Source: Ignicoccus islandicus DSM 13165
GTDB taxonomy: Archaea; Thermoproteota; Thermoprotei_A; Sulfolobales; Ignicoccaceae
Assembly (NCBI RefSeq): GCF_001481685.1
Contig: NZ_CP006867.1
Span: 450,001 to 482,000 of the forward strand
Length of the DNA stretch: 32,000 nucleotides
Direction of reading: 5' to 3'
Shown here: in pieces, positions 28,156-32,000 of the stretch
How positions within the stretch are numbered: the stretch's first letter is position 1
Layout of the letters: each line of letters begins with the position of its first letter
Made by a program: the position numbers and the translations under genes
The notes under the pieces: model-generated
The model's database searches: none
The model's input: the letters and a program-made list of their open reading frames with translations, nothing else
Told to the model about the DNA's origin: nothing

Positions 28156-28851
28156 TTGAACGTTCTTCACGTGGTAATGGCCTACTCAGCATTAGAACTG
28201 GTTCCAAGGGAGATAGCGTCTCATCCGCAAGTCGTAAGCTATGCAAAGAGGCGGAACAAACCGCCTACGAAAGTTATTCTAGACAAGAGCTATCATTTCC
28301 ATGCTATGAGCAAGTTGAAGGATAAGGAAAAGAGGGGGAGACCCGACATGGTTTTCGCCTTCTTGTTAGCGGCCCTCTCATCGCCGCTTAACGCCATGGG
28401 AAAGCTTAGGGTATACGTTCATACATTACAGGATTACGTAATAATTGTCAATCCAAAGACTAAGCCGATTAGGTCTTACGATAGGTTCTTGGGAATAATG
28501 GAAAAGCTGTTCGAGGAAGGAAGAGTGCCCAGTGAGGGCGAGCCATTGATGGAGCTCAAGAACATGAGCTTGGAGAGACTGATTAAGAACCACATAGGCG
28601 CTGACGGCTTGATATTGCTCGAACCGAACGCCCCCCTCAAACACCCGGTAGAAATAGCGAGGGAGGCGTCCGAAGGGTTGCCCGTCGTAGTTCAAGGCTT
28701 CCCGAGGGGGGACTTCGGATTGGACGCGTACAAGTTAGCTAGAGACAAAGCGTACGTATTCCCGCAATTACTAGACTCGTGGATGGTTGCGGATAGAATA
28801 ATATGTGCTTATGAGAACTTCATCCTTGCGGACAGACGCTCTTATAAGTAA
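28156..28851 (+). CDS. nep1: rRNA pseudouridine N1-methyltransferase Nep1/Emg1
   Basis: [67 protein letters not shown]. Confidence 0.93.
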   Translation: MNVLHVVMAYSALELVPREIASHPQVVSYAKRRNKPPTKVILDKSYHFHAMSKLKDKEKRGRPDMVFAFLLAALSSPLNAMGKLRVYVHTLQDYVIIVNPKTKPIRSYDRFLGIMEKLFEEGRVPSEGEPLMELKNMSLERLIKNHIGADGLILLEPNAPLKHPVEIAREASEGLPVVVQGFPRGDFGLDAYKLARDKAYVFPQLLDSWMVADRIICAYENFILADRRSYK

Positions 28852-30994
28852 CTCTAACGCACACGAACCAGTTACACAAGCTCGCGCTCTCGCCCCTACC
28901 AACGCGTCCCTCTATTTCCCAGTAATCCGCGTCCGTACATATGTTGAATATAGTTCTAGCTTTACATAGCATCACTTTAGCTTTAACGTAAACTTCGGGA
29001 GGGTTCGAATCGAGTTCGAAGACGTATATGTCTCTATCGAATATCTTACTACTGCAATCTCCTTGAACACATGCTCTATCTATTTCATAAGGCTCGGGAA
29101 CTTTCAGTATTACTTCGCCGATATTTTGCGTTAAGGGACATTGGTCTTCTCCATCCCGTATGCCGTCTCCGTCCGAGTCCGGGTCCCTTGGATCCGTGCC
29201 CAAGTCCAGTTCCTTTTTATCACTCAGTCCGTCTCCGTCGGTATCGGCGGAGGTAGGGTCTAAGTTGTGATAGTACTCGTAGTAATCGCTTAAGCCGTCT
29301 CCATCTGTATCCGGATCCGTGGGGTCGGTCCCTATTCGAAGTTCCTTGGCATCCGATAATCCGTCGTGATCGCTGTCTTCGCTTTTGGGATCCATGCCTA
29401 ACTTGTATTCCTTGCCATCGGGGATTCCGTCCCCATCGGTATCGTAATTAAATGGATCAGCTATTTCGTAATCTTTTCCATCAGGCAATCCGTCCTTATC
29501 GGTATCTGGGTCCCTCGGATCAGTTCCGATCTTGAGTTCCATCCCATCGTCCAAGCCGTCTCCATCGGTATCGCTATTGCAGGGACTCGTCTTCAATTCA
29601 ATTTCACTCTTATCGGGAATCCCGTCTCCGTCGGTATCAATTGAAATGGGCGAGGAACAAAACTTCACCTCCTCGCCGTCCTCTAACCCATCGCCATCGG
29701 AGTCCTTGCTGAGCGGGTTCGAACCTATTTCCACCTCTTTACCATCGAACAGCCCGTCTCCGTCCGTATCCGGGTTCCTTACGTCGGTGCCTAACTTGAG
29801 TTCGTCGCCGTCCAGTAGACCGTCTTTATCTATATCGCTATCCTTCGGATCTAAGCCTAGTTCCAACTCCTCGAGATCACTGAGCCCGTCTCCGTCGGTG
29901 TCAGGGGAGGTAGGGTTAGTTCCTAAGGATAACTCCTTTGCGTCATCTAGGCCGTCTCCGTCCGTGTCCTTAGAATTTGGATCTGAGCCTATCTTCACTT
30001 CCTTGTAATCGCTTAAGCCGTCTCCATCTGTATCGATCTTCAAAGGATCGCATTTGTACTTAAGTACTTCGTCTCCATCGCTCAAACCGTCCCTATCGGA
30101 ATCTCGATCTAAAGGATTGGTTCCATATATTAGTTCCTCCCCGTCCTTCAATCCGTCTCCGTCGGTATCGGGGTTCCTTGGATCGGTTTTGAGCGAAATT
30201 TCCTTCCCATCGCTCAACCCGTCTCCGTCAGTATCCGGTTTCAGTGGATCAATTCCGAGAATGAGTTCCGTTTTGTCCCTAACGTCGTCTCCATCGGTAT
30301 CGACCTTAGATGGATCGGTCCGATAAACTACTACTTCCTCGTAGTCGTTGAGGCCGTCTCCGTCAGTGTCTACCTTCGCGTCGCTGCTTCCCTTAAGGCC
30401 CTCTAGGAAGCTATTCAATCCGTCTCCATCAGCATCGCTATAGGGGTAGATCTTTGCGTAACCCCTGAGTTCGCCCCTATCGCTCAAAAGCTTTAGTTCC
30501 AAGGTAGCGTTGCCTACTACCGTTAGGGAGAGCAGTCCGGGGAACTCCTCTTTACTCACTACGCCTCCGTTACTGATCGAATACTTAACTACGCAGTTCG
30601 AACAATCGTATCCGAAAACTACCTTCGAGTAGTCTCCTACCCTTAACACGTTAATTGATACTGGACCGTAAGCGTAAACGTTGGTCGTCACCTCAATATC
30701 GTAGGTTACTTCAGTAAGGAAACATTTCTCTGTAACCACTAAATGCGTTGAAGGTTTCAAGTACGTGAAAATTAGTAGTCCTTTACCTACCTTCTTAAGC
30801 GTGGTATACTTGTAATTCTTGAAGTACAAATCGCATCCCTTTAGAGGTACGAAATTCTCTATTCCTTGAACTACCTTTACTTCACGCGTTTCACGGAACT
30901 TCAGTATTCCAAAGTAGAACGACGTTACGATTGCCAAGAGCAATAAGGCTATCCCTACGAGCACTATTGTCGGTAGGACGCCTCTCTCAAGCAA
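28820..30994 (-). CDS. Surface protein with N-terminal TM anchor and ~20 thrombospondin type 3-like calcium-binding repeats
   Basis: N-terminal [23 protein letters not shown]; repeated [22 protein letters not shown] units; Cys-containing C-terminal domain. Confidence 0.9.
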   Translation of the reverse strand: MLERGVLPTIVLVGIALLLLAIVTSFYFGILKFRETREVKVVQGIENFVPLKGCDLYFKNYKYTTLKKVGKGLLIFTYLKPSTHLVVTEKCFLTEVTYDIEVTTNVYAYGPVSINVLRVGDYSKVVFGYDCSNCVVKYSISNGGVVSKEEFPGLLSLTVVGNATLELKLLSDRGELRGYAKIYPYSDADGDGLNSFLEGLKGSSDAKVDTDGDGLNDYEEVVVYRTDPSKVDTDGDDVRDKTELILGIDPLKPDTDGDGLSDGKEISLKTDPRNPDTDGDGLKDGEELIYGTNPLDRDSDRDGLSDGDEVLKYKCDPLKIDTDGDGLSDYKEVKIGSDPNSKDTDGDGLDDAKELSLGTNPTSPDTDGDGLSDLEELELGLDPKDSDIDKDGLLDGDELKLGTDVRNPDTDGDGLFDGKEVEIGSNPLSKDSDGDGLEDGEEVKFCSSPISIDTDGDGIPDKSEIELKTSPCNSDTDGDGLDDGMELKIGTDPRDPDTDKDGLPDGKDYEIADPFNYDTDGDGIPDGKEYKLGMDPKSEDSDHDGLSDAKELRIGTDPTDPDTDGDGLSDYYEYYHNLDPTSADTDGDGLSDKKELDLGTDPRDPDSDGDGIRDGEDQCPLTQNIGEVILKVPEPYEIDRACVQGDCSSKIFDRDIYVFELDSNPPEVYVKAKVMLCKARTIFNICTDADYWEIEGRVGRGESASLCNWFVCVRVTYKSVCPQG
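29150..30460 (-). repeat. Degenerate tandem repeat encoding DxDxDGxxD units (~21-23 aa each, ~20 copies)
   Basis: Recurring GTCTCCATCGGTATC / GTCTCCGTCGGTATCG motif on the + strand, matching DTDGDG on the minus strand. Confidence 0.9.
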
Positions 30995-31038
30995 CCTATG
31001 TTCACGTCGGTATCTTAAACCAGAGAGAGTACTAAGTT

Positions 31039-31521
31039 TTACTTCTTTACCTTTTGTACTACTTCAATTCTCTCTATCCACGTTTCAGGGTACTGTCCCT
31101 CTAGATCCTTCTCGTATTTTTTAACCATATCCCAAATATTGAGAAGAGCAGTGCTTACGGCAGTTAACGCTTCCATTTCAACGCCGGTCTTTTCCGTTGC
31201 CTTGACCTTAACTCTAACCTTTAGTCTATTCTCATCCAATCTCTCATACTTAACACCAACGTATGTTATCCTAATTGGGTGACAGAAGGGCAAGAGGGAC
31301 GGAGTGGCCTTAGCCGCGTTTATCGCTACTGCCTTAGTTATCTCGAAAACGTTCCCCTTTTCTATTTCGCCTTCATATATTCTATCCAGTGTCTCTTTCT
31401 TGAGCCTTATAATTCCTTCCGCTATCGCTTCCCTATAAACAACTTCCTTTCCGGTAATGTCAACCATGCCTTCCAAGGCGCTCCTACCTCCTGAACTGGA
31501 CCGTATGCAAATGCGTTTCAC
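31039..31521 (-). CDS. moaC: Cyclic pyranopterin monophosphate synthase MoaC
   Basis: [49 protein letters not shown]. Confidence 0.95.
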   Translation of the reverse strand: MKRICIRSSSGGRSALEGMVDITGKEVVYREAIAEGIIRLKKETLDRIYEGEIEKGNVFEITKAVAINAAKATPSLLPFCHPIRITYVGVKYERLDENRLKVRVKVKATEKTGVEMEALTAVSTALLNIWDMVKKYEKDLEGQYPETWIERIEVVQKVKK

Positions 31522-31525
31522 TTGT

Positions 31526-31990
31526 CTATATCAGTTCGCTTCTTAGTATTAGGAGAGCTAAGGAGAGGCCCCCCATCGTTGAAAGGAAGGCGCCTACGGG
31601 CAGTGAACCGTATGGCGTCTCTACGTAGCTACTTAAGGCGTCTGATGTCATCATTACAGTCGATGCAATTAAAAACGTAGTAAATATTTCATAGTAGGGC
31701 TCTAGGGGACACAATCTCTTTCCTATGTTCGCTGATATTAGGCCCAAGAACGGTAGAATGCCACAACAACCCGTTACCGAGCCAGCTCCTATAGACGCAA
31801 CGATGACGCTCTTAGCCAAGGTCCTTTCCGGTTTTATCCCTAGGCTCCTAGCGAAATCTTCCCCGAAGCCGACTGCAGTGGCCTCATCGATTAGAGCAAT
31901 TGAACCAACTAACGCTAGAACTGAAGCTATTGCCAGACTGAAAGCAGTGCTTCGATCTACGTATTCCGTCGTCCCCAGAAGCAAAGGCAA
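31526..31990 (-). CDS. C-terminal part of a FecCD/BtuC-type ABC transporter permease (gene continues past the window edge)
   Basis: EATAVGFGEDFARSLGIKPER, GILPFLGLISANIGKRL, PYGSLPVGAFLSTMGG follow the FecCD permease C-terminal pattern. Confidence 0.7.
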   Translation of the reverse strand: MPLLLGTTEYVDRSTAFSLAIASVLALVGSIALIDEATAVGFGEDFARSLGIKPERTLAKSVIVASIGAGSVTGCCGILPFLGLISANIGKRLCPLEPYYEIFTTFLIASTVMMTSDALSSYVETPYGSLPVGAFLSTMGGLSLALLILRSELI

Positions 31991-32000
31991 GAAAGGTCTA

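Noticed and set aside
29532-30326. Plus-strand ORFs rich in [10 protein letters not shown] repeats opposite the calcium-repeat protein
   Set aside because: They are the antisense reading of the DTDGDG-encoding repeats; the minus-strand frame has the TM anchor and recognised motifs.
1-32000. Transposase, integrase or tRNA-associated mobile element
   Set aside because: No transposase/integrase motifs, terminal inverted repeats or recognisable tRNA gene were found by eye; a tRNAscan and ISfinder search would be needed to confirm.

Overview
This window looks like a gene-dense hyperthermophilic crenarchaeal chromosome; the genus cannot be proven from sequence alone. Its most distinctive part (~16.26-24.1 kb) combines four elements: a 16-unit CRISPR array (26-nt repeat GTAGAGATCCAATAGGGAATAGAAAG); an opposing type I-A-like interference cassette on the minus strand (csa5, cas7, cas5, cas8a-like, cas3' helicase, cas3'' HD nuclease); no adaptation genes or cas6 in the window; and two small ORFs just upstream that read as the N-terminus of Cmr4 and the C-terminus of Cmr3, i.e. 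a probable collapsed type III-B remnant. The flanking DNA is mostly housekeeping: a phenylacetate-CoA ligase/symporter/indolepyruvate oxidoreductase cluster, hxlB-like, endonuclease IV-like, UbiA family, an Fe-S CCG protein, lhr, DUF72, an ESCRT-III/CdvB-like gene, cupin pgi, a phosphoesterase, a ThiI-like protein whose PP-loop appears degenerate, yjjX-like, nep1, a 20-unit DxDxDG calcium-repeat surface protein, moaC, and the end of a FecCD-type permease. The effector cassette, the cmr remnants, the degenerate ThiI and the ESCRT-III paralog are the best targets for follow-up. All family names are motif-based recognition by eye; no database search was run.
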